DNA of 64,000 bases, from the IMG/VR virus record IMGVR_UViG_3300028197_000002. The stretch is one strand, 5' to 3'. Shown here one piece after another: positions 26,349 through 36,418 of this stretch. Made by a program: the position numbers and the translations under genes. Every line of letters starts with the position of its first letter. Positions within the stretch are counted from its first letter, which is position 1. The notes beneath the pieces are model-generated. The model did not search any database, was not told where the DNA came from, and worked only from the letters and a program-made list of their open reading frames with translations. Source of the stretch: a virus (Duplodnaviria > Caudoviricetes).

Positions 26349-28448
26349 ATGGCACAAAACGATAGCAAAAGTATAGTAAATTTATCAATACCAGATAAAT
26401 TTGTAAATTTAAATGACAGATTATCTCAAATGGAACAAAGATTTTCTGATTTTGGATATTCTATGTCCAATATAGTTCAAAGTGAAATTAAAACTTATTA
26501 TGATCAACCTGCTCAAGCACAGTCAGTTCCATATTTGCACACTGCCGTATGCATAGAGACTATAGATCCATTGAAGCAAGGAAAAGTAAGGTTTTTCAGT
26601 CCTCTTCTTCATAAGAAAGAAACTCCTGTTAAAGCTTTGCCATGGGCGTACCCTATTTCTGCTCAAGGAGGATTTGATGATTGTGGATGTACGTGGGTTC
26701 CGCCAGCAGGTTCAAAGCTATGTTTGTTGTTCGAAGGAGGCAATAGAGATTGGGCTTTTTATATTGGAACTACTTGGGATAGAGATAGATCTAGAGGATG
26801 GGACATCCCCGTTCCTGAATACGAAGCTATACACAGAGGTCATAGAGGAGGTTATCTTTTAGGTCCCGACGAAGATCAAGTTTTTCCTCCTTGGAATACA
26901 GAAAATTATAATGGTCAAGATATAGATTCCCTAATAGATTTTGAAAGAGATGAAGATGGCGGAAGAGATAAAATAACTTATCCTAATATTTATGGTTGGA
27001 AAACTCCTCAAAAACATATGATTAAAATGGTTGACGGAAATTACAAATGTAATCACCGTTGGCAACGAATGGAATTAAAATCTGCTCAAGGCAATCATAT
27101 AATTCTTAAAGATGATAGAGTTCATCCTAGTGCACAATGGGCACATCCAAGCTGCGGCGGAGGTGGTGGAGATGTAAGTAAATGCAATGATGGTGATGAA
27201 CCAATAGAAAAACTAGACGATTGTCCTGCTGATCCATTTGAAGAAACTTCTGCCAATCCTTATTTTAAGCATAAAAACGAATGCAAGCCCTACCAAGGCC
27301 CTCAAAATTGTCAAAGCAATAGAGTTGATAAAGTAAGTTTGCCACAATCGGGAATACAATTTCTTTCTTTAAGCGGTCATACATTATGGATGGATGACTC
27401 TGTCAAAGAGCCTAAAGGAACAAACGAATGGGAAAAATCAAACGAACCTTTTGATTATGGGTGTCCTGAAGGAGAAGGAGTATTTAAAGGAAGAACTGTT
27501 TGGAAATCTGCTCATGGTCATCAAATTGAAATGAGTGATGTCGAGCCTGATGACAAGCCTAGGCTCAGAGGTCCAGATAATTACGTTAGACTTCTAAGTG
27601 CTTCTGGAAATAAAATTGAATTAAATGATGACAGCAATGATTGTGATTGCACTTGTGAAAATTGCGAATGTGGATGCGGAACAGACAGCGCTGGTCCTAA
27701 GCGTGGCATAAGTATGCAAAGTACATCTAATCATACTTTTGAGATGATAGATGAGAACAATAAGCAATGTGGACCCAACAGAAAAGAAGGAGGAGTGCCT
27801 ACCAATAAGGCTACTGATGCTTTTGTAAAAATAAGAACTGGTTATGGCTTGGAAATGATGATGGCTGATGACAATCATCAAGAAGAGACGCAACAACAAT
27901 ATATTCAGTTAATGGCTCCTCAATACGATGCCTGCTACGACACTGGAAACCCTCACATAATAAGAATGCAAGAAGATGTTAACTGTGGATATATTTTTGT
28001 TAAGGCTGCTGGCGATTATATCTGCATGACAGAAGGCGATCATTATACAGTAGTTGGAGTTGGCCAAGACACAGAAGAATTTTGTGAAGGTGGCTGTTTA
28101 GGTCCAAGAAATCATTTTACTGCGGTTAGTCAACATACTTTACATTATTCGTGTAATTTTTACTTTAATATTGCCGAAATACATGCGTTTTTAGCAGAAA
28201 AAATGATCCTTTTAATGGCTGGAAAGGACTGCCCTCCGGAAGATGCAGAAGGTCCAGATGATTGCGTTCCTTGCATAGGCCCAGTTGCTGTTCTTATTCC
28301 TTCGGGAGATCCACCTCAAGTTAAATTAAAAGCAAGTTCTAGAGTTTATGCCTCGGCAAATCCAACAGATCCGTGTGTTTCGCTGTTCCAATTATCACCA
28401 TTTGTAAAATGTGATGATCCCTGCCCAGAACCATGCGCTTGCGAATAA
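26349..28448 (+). CDS. Baseplate central spike, gp5/VgrG-like OB-fold protein, Cys-rich
   Basis: IDPLKQGKVRFF...LPWAYP...GCTWVPPAGSKLCLLFEGGNRDWAFYIG (gp5 OB-fold); repeated S.HGH.IEM.D-type beta-helix segments. Confidence 0.85.
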   Translation: MAQNDSKSIVNLSIPDKFVNLNDRLSQMEQRFSDFGYSMSNIVQSEIKTYYDQPAQAQSVPYLHTAVCIETIDPLKQGKVRFFSPLLHKKETPVKALPWAYPISAQGGFDDCGCTWVPPAGSKLCLLFEGGNRDWAFYIGTTWDRDRSRGWDIPVPEYEAIHRGHRGGYLLGPDEDQVFPPWNTENYNGQDIDSLIDFERDEDGGRDKITYPNIYGWKTPQKHMIKMVDGNYKCNHRWQRMELKSAQGNHIILKDDRVHPSAQWAHPSCGGGGGDVSKCNDGDEPIEKLDDCPADPFEETSANPYFKHKNECKPYQGPQNCQSNRVDKVSLPQSGIQFLSLSGHTLWMDDSVKEPKGTNEWEKSNEPFDYGCPEGEGVFKGRTVWKSAHGHQIEMSDVEPDDKPRLRGPDNYVRLLSASGNKIELNDDSNDCDCTCENCECGCGTDSAGPKRGISMQSTSNHTFEMIDENNKQCGPNRKEGGVPTNKATDAFVKIRTGYGLEMMMADDNHQEETQQQYIQLMAPQYDACYDTGNPHIIRMQEDVNCGYIFVKAAGDYICMTEGDHYTVVGVGQDTEEFCEGGCLGPRNHFTAVSQHTLHYSCNFYFNIAEIHAFLAEKMILLMAGKDCPPEDAEGPDDCVPCIGPVAVLIPSGDPPQVKLKASSRVYASANPTDPCVSLFQLSPFVKCDDPCPEPCACE

Positions 28449-28502
28449 GTATAATAATAATGTGAAATTATTATTATATTACTAAATAAAATAGGTAAAA
28501 TT

Positions 28503-28931
28503 ATGAGTTTTTTAGGCGCACCATATCCGATAATAAAAGATCCCAAGGGTTTTTTAAGAACAACTAGAGGAGTAGACCAGATTAAATCTGATCTGCTTAT
28601 TTTGTTATTAACACAACCCGGAGAACGTGTGATGTTGCCAGAGTTTGGAACACCGCTTAGAAAATTTATGTTTGAGCCGAATGATTCAGTTGTTAACGAA
28701 AAAGTCAGAGAAGCAATTGCTAATTCTATTTCTCAATGGGAACCAAGAATAGCAATCCAAGATATAGAAGTAGTAAATGAAGCTACTTCAGATATCTCTG
28801 GAAGTTTGAATGAATTAGATACTGGTCAAAATATACCACATATTTTGCTTATAAAAATTAGATTTTCTAATTTTGACAGTATAGACGTAGTAGAAGAATT
28901 AGAATTAAGATTACCTGCCGGAGGAGTTTAA
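28503..28931 (+). CDS. Baseplate wedge gp25-like protein
   Basis: IKSDLLILLLTQPGERVMLPEFGTPL..FMFEP...I..SISQWEPRI. Confidence 0.92.
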   Translation: MSFLGAPYPIIKDPKGFLRTTRGVDQIKSDLLILLLTQPGERVMLPEFGTPLRKFMFEPNDSVVNEKVREAIANSISQWEPRIAIQDIEVVNEATSDISGSLNELDTGQNIPHILLIKIRFSNFDSIDVVEELELRLPAGGV

Positions 28932-28933
28932 GA

Positions 28934-30508
28934 ATGCCCGATAATTGCCCATTTGACGTCAATCCTTTATCGGAACCTTTAATTACAAAAAATGAAAGTT
29001 TCAGTAATGTAAATTATACTAATCAAGACTTTTGGTCTTTAAAAAATAGATTGGTTGATTTTATTAATGAAAGATTTGGAGAAAATGGAAACACTCTTCC
29101 AAACACTTTTAATGATTTAGTAGAAGGTTCAATAGCAATAATGCTCATAGAAAATTGGGCGTTTATTGGAGATACTCTTTCATTCAAAATTGATCAAATT
29201 GTAAATGAGTTATTTATAGACACAGTCACAGAATCAGACAACGCTTTTAGACTATGTAAATTAGTTGGATTTGAACCAACTCCTCCAATTCCTTCTAGAG
29301 CTTTATTTACAGCAACAATAAATACAAGTTACGATCAAGACATAACATTGCCTGCACCTTTATCTGTTGATGTTGTTTCTGATGGCGCTCAAATACAATA
29401 TGAACTTTTCCCAGCAGACTCTGAAAACAATCCTATTTTCGATCAAGATATTATCATATCTTCTGGAACTTCTGTTAACTCTGCAATTGTGGGACTTCAA
29501 GGCTCAACAGCAGTCGATGAACATGCAGGAACTGGGGCTATCTTGCAATCTTATGAAACAAGATTTGATTCTATAATTTATGATTCTGTTTCAGTAAAAG
29601 TTGATGGCGCTCAATGGGAAAGAGTAGATTATTTTACGGATTCGCAACCTAGAAAAGAATTTAGAGTAGAATATGATTCAAGTTATAGAGCTTATGTAAT
29701 GTTTGGAAATAACAAAGTAGGGTTATCTCCAGCAAATGGTTCTAGTATAGAAATAAATTATAGAATTGGCGGAGGAACTATTGGAAATATAGTCACTGGT
29801 TCTGTGAATATACAGAGACAGGCTAGGGTTTTTGGAAATGATTTTAATGTCCCTGTTTTTATATCAAATTACACAAAAGGAGAATTTGGTTACGACGGGG
29901 ACACAGTAGACGACATAAGAGCAAAACTTCCGTTGTATTTAAGAACTCAAAATAGAGCAGTAACAGGAAGTGATTATAAAAATTTAACTGACCAATTTGT
30001 TTCTCCATATCACGGACAGATAGGAAAATCTACTGCTGTTTTAAGAAACCAAGGTTGTTCTGGAAACGTGGTTGATATTTACATATTATCAAAATTAAAC
30101 GCAAATGGATTACAAGAAGCAAATGATGAGTTAAAAAATGATTTAAGCGAAATGCTTGAAGAAAAGAAAATGATTACTGATTTTGTATGCTTGAAAAACG
30201 GCCAAATAATAGAAACAGATGTGTCTGTAGTGGTTGAAGTTCCAAGAACAGAAAGAAAATTTGAACAAGAAATTAAACAAAATATAGAAGTTAAAATTAA
30301 TGATTTTTTTAGCTTAAGTAATTGGGATTATGGTCAAGCTTTAAAAGAATCTGATTTAATTAAAAATTTATCTGCTATTAAGTCAGCAAAAAGTTTTGAT
30401 GTAATTTATACAACAAATGACGAAGATAATTCAGGAAGCATAGTAACCACTAAGTTTTATGAGATAATTAGACCTGACGTAGTAGAAATTTCATTTATGT
30501 ATGTTTAA
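28934..30508 (+). CDS. Baseplate wedge gp6 / Baseplate-J-like protein
   Basis: NYTNQDFWSLKNRL; FGNNKVG; YRIGGGTIGN; QNRAVTGSDY. Confidence 0.9.
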   Translation: MPDNCPFDVNPLSEPLITKNESFSNVNYTNQDFWSLKNRLVDFINERFGENGNTLPNTFNDLVEGSIAIMLIENWAFIGDTLSFKIDQIVNELFIDTVTESDNAFRLCKLVGFEPTPPIPSRALFTATINTSYDQDITLPAPLSVDVVSDGAQIQYELFPADSENNPIFDQDIIISSGTSVNSAIVGLQGSTAVDEHAGTGAILQSYETRFDSIIYDSVSVKVDGAQWERVDYFTDSQPRKEFRVEYDSSYRAYVMFGNNKVGLSPANGSSIEINYRIGGGTIGNIVTGSVNIQRQARVFGNDFNVPVFISNYTKGEFGYDGDTVDDIRAKLPLYLRTQNRAVTGSDYKNLTDQFVSPYHGQIGKSTAVLRNQGCSGNVVDIYILSKLNANGLQEANDELKNDLSEMLEEKKMITDFVCLKNGQIIETDVSVVVEVPRTERKFEQEIKQNIEVKINDFFSLSNWDYGQALKESDLIKNLSAIKSAKSFDVIYTTNDEDNSGSIVTTKFYEIIRPDVVEISFMYV

Positions 30509-30516
30509 GAGGGAAA

Positions 30517-33500
30517 ATGACAACTAAAATAATAGCAGAAAGACAAAAATCAGTTAATATAAGAAATACAGATGATATTAAGTTTGTATTATCGACGACT
30601 GATGCGGACGGTTGTCTTCAAACCCCTTATAAAATAAACCAAGTAACAATATATTTTATATCAAGAGAATTTGCTAGTAAAAATTCTTTTGAATATGAAA
30701 ACAGAATTTTAGATAGTAAAAATTTAGAAAATTATGATTCACAAAAACAAATTACATGTGATTCGCCAACAACTGAAAATATAAACAAGTTGGCAACTCT
30801 GAAAAAAGAACTTGATGATTCTACAACAAAGTCTCCGTTCTATTTTAAAGAATCCGTACCAGTTAAAATTTGGGGTGGTTATGTTAATGAAACTGGAGAG
30901 CTTTTTCCGGCTTGGATAAATCCAACTATGGTACCCGCGCCAGAAGTGGATCAGGTAACGCAAGACAACATGCTTACTTTGACTGAAGAGGGCAAATTTA
31001 GTTTAAACTGGGATGCAAGCGAATTAGGAGAAGGGGATTACTTTATTTGTTGGAATTGGAATCCCGGTTTATCTGGAAACGCTATCGCTGCGCACATGTT
31101 ATTTCAGTTAAAAGGGAATACACAACAAACTTGTGCGCTTCCAACACACTTTACAGATCCAGAGAAGTATCCAACATTGATGGAAAGATACCTTCCGGAG
31201 ATGTTTAAAACATTAATTTCAGAGAGTGATTTAACTCCTTATGTCCTTCAAGAACTGAACGCTTCTGTTGGCGATGGATTTGAAGTCATCGAAGACATGG
31301 CAAATCAAATAATAGATTTGCTAGATTCAAATACTCTTCAAACAAGACTTTTGCCTTTATTGTCAAATACGTTTAATTTAAATTTAAAATCTAACGATAT
31401 TGCTTTATGGAGAAGGCAAATTAAAAAAGCAATTCCTAATTTTAAACAAAAAGGAACTATTGGAGGTTTAAAATCTGCATTGGGAGATGTTGGAATAAAT
31501 CTTTTGAAAGTGACTAGACTTTGGCAAATTAATTCAAAATACACATATCAAGAAAACTTTGAAAAAGTTCAAGAAGATGTAGAAAAATTCATATTGTCTA
31601 AAAATGTAATTTTACCAATAGATCCAAATAACTTCTCAGCAAACTACAGATCTAAAGATTCAAACAATTGGCAATCAATAACACAAGATTATGTAAATAT
31701 ACAGCTAGAGTCAGACGGAAGCTATTCTGTCACTTGGACTGGAGATACTGCCTCTAGTCCTATTGCTTTAGAAGTTGGCGATAGTTTTAGAGTACGATAT
31801 CAGATAAAACAAGTGCCTTCTTCTTCAGAGCAGTCTTTAGAAGATTATATTATATCTTTAAATCTTATGGATCTAAGAGATGAAAGACTTCAGAATTACC
31901 CTCTTAAGAATTGGAACACAAGAGTTTTAGAAGAAGATGACCCTCTTTTCAGTGTGTTGATTCCTATAACACATCCAATTAAAGACGATATAATTTGGGG
32001 AAAAGTAAGAACAGAATTTCCATATAGTGAAAATGTTTATAATATGGAAGAATACAATGGATCTACAAGAGATAGTTATGATCCTTGTGATATAGAAAAA
32101 GAATTCATGGAAAGCTGTGGTCAATGTCAGGGATCAAAATTAAATATTGATGTAGAAATAGAAGAATTATCTGAAGATAGAATATTGGAAGCTCAGAGAA
32201 CTATAGAAGAATACATCCCTTTTCATAGCATAATCCATTCAATAAATTTTGTTGGTTCGGTGCATGAATTTGTAACCTCTCCAGTTGAGGTTATTAATTC
32301 TTTAATTACAAACAATTATGAGGACTCAACAATTTCAGGAAATGCTCAAGTTATATTTAACAGAGCAATTCCACCTGAGCAATGGGATTCTATAAAAAGA
32401 AATGTTTTGGCTACAATGTCAGACAAAACAGGTACAGTTACTGGAACTGGATACAATAATAAAATACTTCTATATTGTCCAAGTTCTAGCACTACTGCTG
32501 AACTTGAAAATTATGATTTCAAAGATAAGGTTGGATCTTTTATTCAAAGAAATATAAATGAAACTGATTTAAGTGGAGCCGCGTCTGACAACTCTAATAT
32601 ATTAGAAATACTTTCTCCTTCTGCAAACCAAGGAGCCTACAGCGTATCTAATGTTCAAAAAGACATGGTTGAAATTACTGTTGGAACTGTGAGTGAGCCA
32701 ATTGATACTTCGCAATTTGAATTTAGAATATCAAACAAAATTTTTGAAGAAAGCTCAGTAGACATAACTCAAGATGATCAATATATTTTCTCTGTAGAAA
32801 CAAATTTATCTACTTTTGGAATAGTTAGTCAAAAAGACATAGATGATGGAATAGCGACAGGTCCACCTTGGGAAATTCATCTTGAATGGACTCCTTTGAT
32901 AAGCGAATATGAAATTCAAGAAGTTCTTCCAAATGGAACTTTGATTTTAAGTGGATCTGCCCCATTGGGTTCTATGCCTTCAGATTGGAAATTGGTAAAG
33001 GATCCTTCATTACCTTCTGAGAGTATTGTTGCTCAAGGAACGTATGACGACGGAACCAACTCTTCTTTAGAAACTGTTTATCAAGCCATAGTTGACTTTG
33101 ATCCGTCAGGAACATCTACAATAACAGATGTTCGAAATCATGTCAAAATTGGAGATTATTTATCTTACAGTTCGTATGACTATAAAATTAAAAGTTTTTT
33201 AAAAAATGAAACTCATAAATTTTATATAGAAACTCCCGCTAGCAGCCCCGGATATCCATTTGGATTGGGTGGAGTTGCGGTCAAGACATATAGAAGAATC
33301 ATAGAGAATGCGGTTGGAAGACTTGGGTATGATGGTTTAAGCCTAGAAACGACAGTAAATTACGAATCTAATTTGCCCATTCAAAATGGAACAAATGCAA
33401 TAGCAATCAAAACATTAGAAAGTGAATTTAAAGAAAATTACTTAATTTTAATAGGTTCTGACTACTACTCTATAACAGACATAGATGGAACCACCATTAC

Positions 33501-33810
33501 GTTAAATGGGCCTAATGACAACATTTGGAAAACTACAGGGACACCTGTAGACTTTACTATATACCAATTTATTAATCAACCATTGAGCATACAAGAAAAT
33601 CAATATCCTGTAAATCCCGGACACGACTTTGAAGAAGTTGTGAGATCAGATAATGAAGTCATAACTAATAGCGTGGAATCTTCTGTGTCTTTTCTTGCTG
33701 CTAAAGCTTTGAATAATGCAAATGAACTTTTGGATTCAACGACACAAAACGAAGGTGTGAACTTTAAGATCGAGTATCAAGATGGAACAAGTGAGGAAGG
33801 TGAAATATGA
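30517..33810 (+). CDS. Large baseplate wedge protein (gp7 / P2 gpI-like domain)
   Basis: LLPLLSNTFN...WRRQIKKAIPNFKQKGTIGGLKSAL and TIEEYIPFH motifs; follows the gp6-like gene. Confidence 0.7.
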   Translation: MTTKIIAERQKSVNIRNTDDIKFVLSTTDADGCLQTPYKINQVTIYFISREFASKNSFEYENRILDSKNLENYDSQKQITCDSPTTENINKLATLKKELDDSTTKSPFYFKESVPVKIWGGYVNETGELFPAWINPTMVPAPEVDQVTQDNMLTLTEEGKFSLNWDASELGEGDYFICWNWNPGLSGNAIAAHMLFQLKGNTQQTCALPTHFTDPEKYPTLMERYLPEMFKTLISESDLTPYVLQELNASVGDGFEVIEDMANQIIDLLDSNTLQTRLLPLLSNTFNLNLKSNDIALWRRQIKKAIPNFKQKGTIGGLKSALGDVGINLLKVTRLWQINSKYTYQENFEKVQEDVEKFILSKNVILPIDPNNFSANYRSKDSNNWQSITQDYVNIQLESDGSYSVTWTGDTASSPIALEVGDSFRVRYQIKQVPSSSEQSLEDYIISLNLMDLRDERLQNYPLKNWNTRVLEEDDPLFSVLIPITHPIKDDIIWGKVRTEFPYSENVYNMEEYNGSTRDSYDPCDIEKEFMESCGQCQGSKLNIDVEIEELSEDRILEAQRTIEEYIPFHSIIHSINFVGSVHEFVTSPVEVINSLITNNYEDSTISGNAQVIFNRAIPPEQWDSIKRNVLATMSDKTGTVTGTGYNNKILLYCPSSSTTAELENYDFKDKVGSFIQRNINETDLSGAASDNSNILEILSPSANQGAYSVSNVQKDMVEITVGTVSEPIDTSQFEFRISNKIFEESSVDITQDDQYIFSVETNLSTFGIVSQKDIDDGIATGPPWEIHLEWTPLISEYEIQEVLPNGTLILSGSAPLGSMPSDWKLVKDPSLPSESIVAQGTYDDGTNSSLETVYQAIVDFDPSGTSTITDVRNHVKIGDYLSYSSYDYKIKSFLKNETHKFYIETPASSPGYPFGLGGVAVKTYRRIIENAVGRLGYDGLSLETTVNYESNLPIQNGTNAIAIKTLESEFKENYLILIGSDYYSITDIDGTTITLNGPNDNIWKTTGTPVDFTIYQFINQPLSIQENQYPVNPGHDFEEVVRSDNEVITNSVESSVSFLAAKALNNANELLDSTTQNEGVNFKIEYQDGTSEEGEI

Positions 33811-34283
33811 AGATAGAAAATTTTGCAGCCTGTAGAGGCGATGTAACTGTTCTTATTGAACATAAAGATGGTTGCCAACAAACAATAGAGTTCAGAAATA
33901 CAATTTTAAAAGCAGGAAGAAATGCTTTGGTTTCTGGATTAGCTAATGAAATTGGAAATGATTTTGATTTTTTTGTTAGTAGAATGATTTTTGGAGATGG
34001 TGGAACTCAAGGTGGAGTGCCAAAGCAAGTTGAAGAAACCAGAACTGGATTATTTGGTTCGGCAAGGGTTACAAAACCTGTGATTGCGAACATAGATCCA
34101 AATAATAGCACACAAGTTGTATTTACTTCTACTGTGCCTTACGACGAAGGCAATGGATACGCTTTAAATGAAATGGCTCTTCAATTAAATAATGGTGATT
34201 ATTATAGCATGGCTACTTTTCCGGGAATATCTAAAACATCAACCATGCAGATAACTTGGAATTGGAGATTGTCTTTTATCTAA
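33807..34283 (+). CDS. Tail/baseplate structural protein (tail-fibre-proximal type)
   Basis: FRNTIL..GR..L...MIFGDGG...LNEMALQL...YSMATFP.I.KT pattern; ATGA overlap. Confidence 0.6.
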   Translation: MKIENFAACRGDVTVLIEHKDGCQQTIEFRNTILKAGRNALVSGLANEIGNDFDFFVSRMIFGDGGTQGGVPKQVEETRTGLFGSARVTKPVIANIDPNNSTQVVFTSTVPYDEGNGYALNEMALQLNNGDYYSMATFPGISKTSTMQITWNWRLSFI

Positions 34284-34293
34284 TTTAATTAAA

Positions 34294-34548
34294 ATGAAAA
34301 GAAAAGTTTTATTTGAAATCAGAAGATTTAATGGCGAAGATTTAATTTTTATTGATAATCAATATTTTGATTTTGCAATAGATGATTCTTCTTTAGAAAA
34401 AGTTAATTCTTTAGAAGGCGAAGAATTAGAAAAAGTTCATGAAAATATTAAAAATTATCTTCTAACATCACTTGCTCAGGTTCTAGGCAGAGCAGTAGCA
34501 ATGAAAGAAGTTATGGAGGCTATTAAAACAGGCTATATACAACTATGA
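34294..34548 (+). CDS. Hypothetical protein
   Basis: 84 aa in the tail operon. Confidence 0.55.
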   Translation: MKRKVLFEIRRFNGEDLIFIDNQYFDFAIDDSSLEKVNSLEGEELEKVHENIKNYLLTSLAQVLGRAVAMKEVMEAIKTGYIQL

Positions 34549-35024
34549 TGCTAGTAGAAGAAAAGGACAAAAGGTTCTACATAAAAGAATCAAATATAAA
34601 AGATGCAGGAATGGGAGTTTTTGCTTCTGAGGATATCAAAAAAGAGTCTTATCTAGAAATAATAGGAGTCATGGTCAATGTAGGTTCGGTTTCGGATCAA
34701 TGCACTGATTTTGCAAAAGACTATAAATTTGCAGCTCAATATGAAGATAAATATACAAGACATATTATTCCAATGGGTTATGCGGCAATAATCAATCACG
34801 CGACAGAAGAAAAAGATCAAAATGCTACAATAAGATTTATAAATAAAAATAATAAGAACCCAGCCGCTTCTTCTGCTGTTTATTTTTTCACAAAAGATAT
34901 AAAAAAAGATGACGAAATATTGGGAAATTATGGAGAAAAATGGCAAACTAGAATTGCAGAAGATGCTGACTGGCAAATGTTTTTAGATTTAGAACTATAT
35001 AATTTAAAGAAATTAAAAAGATAA
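34545..35024 (+). CDS. SET-domain protein-lysine methyltransferase
   Basis: SNIKDAGMGVFASEDIKK (motif I), IINHA (NHS motif), KDIKKDDEILGNYG (GEEL..DY motif). Confidence 0.85.
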   Translation: MMLVEEKDKRFYIKESNIKDAGMGVFASEDIKKESYLEIIGVMVNVGSVSDQCTDFAKDYKFAAQYEDKYTRHIIPMGYAAIINHATEEKDQNATIRFINKNNKNPAASSAVYFFTKDIKKDDEILGNYGEKWQTRIAEDADWQMFLDLELYNLKKLKR

Positions 35025-35036
35025 TAAGGATTAAAT

Positions 35037-35870
35037 ATGCCAGACATCAGTAAAGTGCCAGAAGTTTTGTATCAAGGTCTTCAACCTTATCATGTACAAT
35101 ATGACAATCTACCTTTAGCAAATATATTAACGAGAATAGACTTAGTTAATAACCAAGTAGATATAAATGCAGATATTCTAAGAGGAGCTAACGGAACAGT
35201 TGGATCTTTAAGCAATAGGCTTTCTGTTGGCATTAATGATGACGGCACTTTAAAGTATGCTGCGGTTAACAATGTTCTTCACAATATAGGATATCATGTC
35301 GATGGAACATATGATGGCGTAGACTATGTAAGAATGAAAAGTGAAGAAAGAGATAAACTTTCTTTAATAGATTCCGAGGCCAATAAACTCTACATAGAAA
35401 TTGAGGATTCAATCCCAGTTTCTGCAATTTCTGCAGTGTCTTACATACCTAGCAACATAACTGTTTCCACTGGAACCCTGAGATTCAGAAGCACAGATAC
35501 AGTTAAGTTTGATTTTGAATCTCCAGATGTAATAAAAGCAAGATCTGTTTTTCCTGTGAGTAGTGCTCACCAACATCATTATGGATTATCTCCAGCTCAT
35601 CAAACACCATCAACTCCAGACTACAAAAACTTTATGACCACTTCTGTCAACACTCCTTTTATGGTAGGGACTCTTAGAGTATATGTAAACGGAATTAGAA
35701 TTTTAGATACAACTCCAACCTTAGTCCCAGCATATTCCGATGTGTCCACTTGGACAGAAACTTTTATAAGCTCTTCAACTGATACAAATGGCAATTTCAC
35801 ATTGAATAGAGCCTTGGCATCTAATGATGTAATAAGAATAGATTTTGATGAAGATCTGTCTGGTTCTTAA
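35037..35870 (+). CDS. Virion structural protein
   Basis: Short coiled coil then beta-rich C-terminus, GTLRVYVNGIRI...F.LNRAL...DVIRIDF. Confidence 0.55.
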   Translation: MPDISKVPEVLYQGLQPYHVQYDNLPLANILTRIDLVNNQVDINADILRGANGTVGSLSNRLSVGINDDGTLKYAAVNNVLHNIGYHVDGTYDGVDYVRMKSEERDKLSLIDSEANKLYIEIEDSIPVSAISAVSYIPSNITVSTGTLRFRSTDTVKFDFESPDVIKARSVFPVSSAHQHHYGLSPAHQTPSTPDYKNFMTTSVNTPFMVGTLRVYVNGIRILDTTPTLVPAYSDVSTWTETFISSSTDTNGNFTLNRALASNDVIRIDFDEDLSGS

Positions 35871-35881
35871 TCCTTAATGTA

Positions 35882-36418
35882 ATGAACAAAAACTTTGAAT
35901 TTATAATTTTATCTCCAAATTATAATATTGGAGGATTGAGAATTACTCTAAACTCTATAGAATGCTACTACCCAGATTCAAATGTTATTTGTGTAGTTAA
36001 CAAAGATGTTAAAAGCGATCAACTACAAGAAATGAAAAAGCATTGCAATTGCATTAGAAGTGGCAAAACAATTACATCTTTGATTAATAAAGGATATTCT
36101 AAAATAAAGTCTAATTGGGGAGTTTTAGTTCTTGAAGGAGCAAGAGTAAGTAGATGTTTGAACCGCTACAAAAACTGGATGGCTAGCAATGACGATATTT
36201 TCTTTCCTTTGATGGTGGAATTCAAAGGAGATAAAAAAATATTACATGATACTCTTTATAACTGTTCTTTAAATGGAATTTGCATACACAAAGAAATGTT
36301 CGACAAAGTAGGAAATTTTTCTGAAAACCCATTAGAAATATCAAGACGATTTTGGACTCTTCAAGCCTATGACGAAGGAGCGATATTCAAATCTGTCTTA
36401 GGGATCAGAATTTGTTAG
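35882..36418 (+). CDS. Degenerate GT-A (GT2-like) glycosyltransferase-fold protein
   Basis: FIILSPNYN..L..TLNSI...ITSLINKG...WGVLVLEG resembles the GT2 N-terminal strand/helix order. Confidence 0.3.
   Translation: MNKNFEFIILSPNYNIGGLRITLNSIECYYPDSNVICVVNKDVKSDQLQEMKKHCNCIRSGKTITSLINKGYSKIKSNWGVLVLEGARVSRCLNRYKNWMASNDDIFFPLMVEFKGDKKILHDTLYNCSLNGICIHKEMFDKVGNFSENPLEISRRFWTLQAYDEGAIFKSVLGIRIC

Noticed and set aside
17050-34283. Bacterial eCIS/T6SS locus rather than phage tail
   Set aside because: Context has a gp2-like end protector, T4-type primase, many short phage-like ORFs and no host housekeeping operons or T6SS membrane-complex genes
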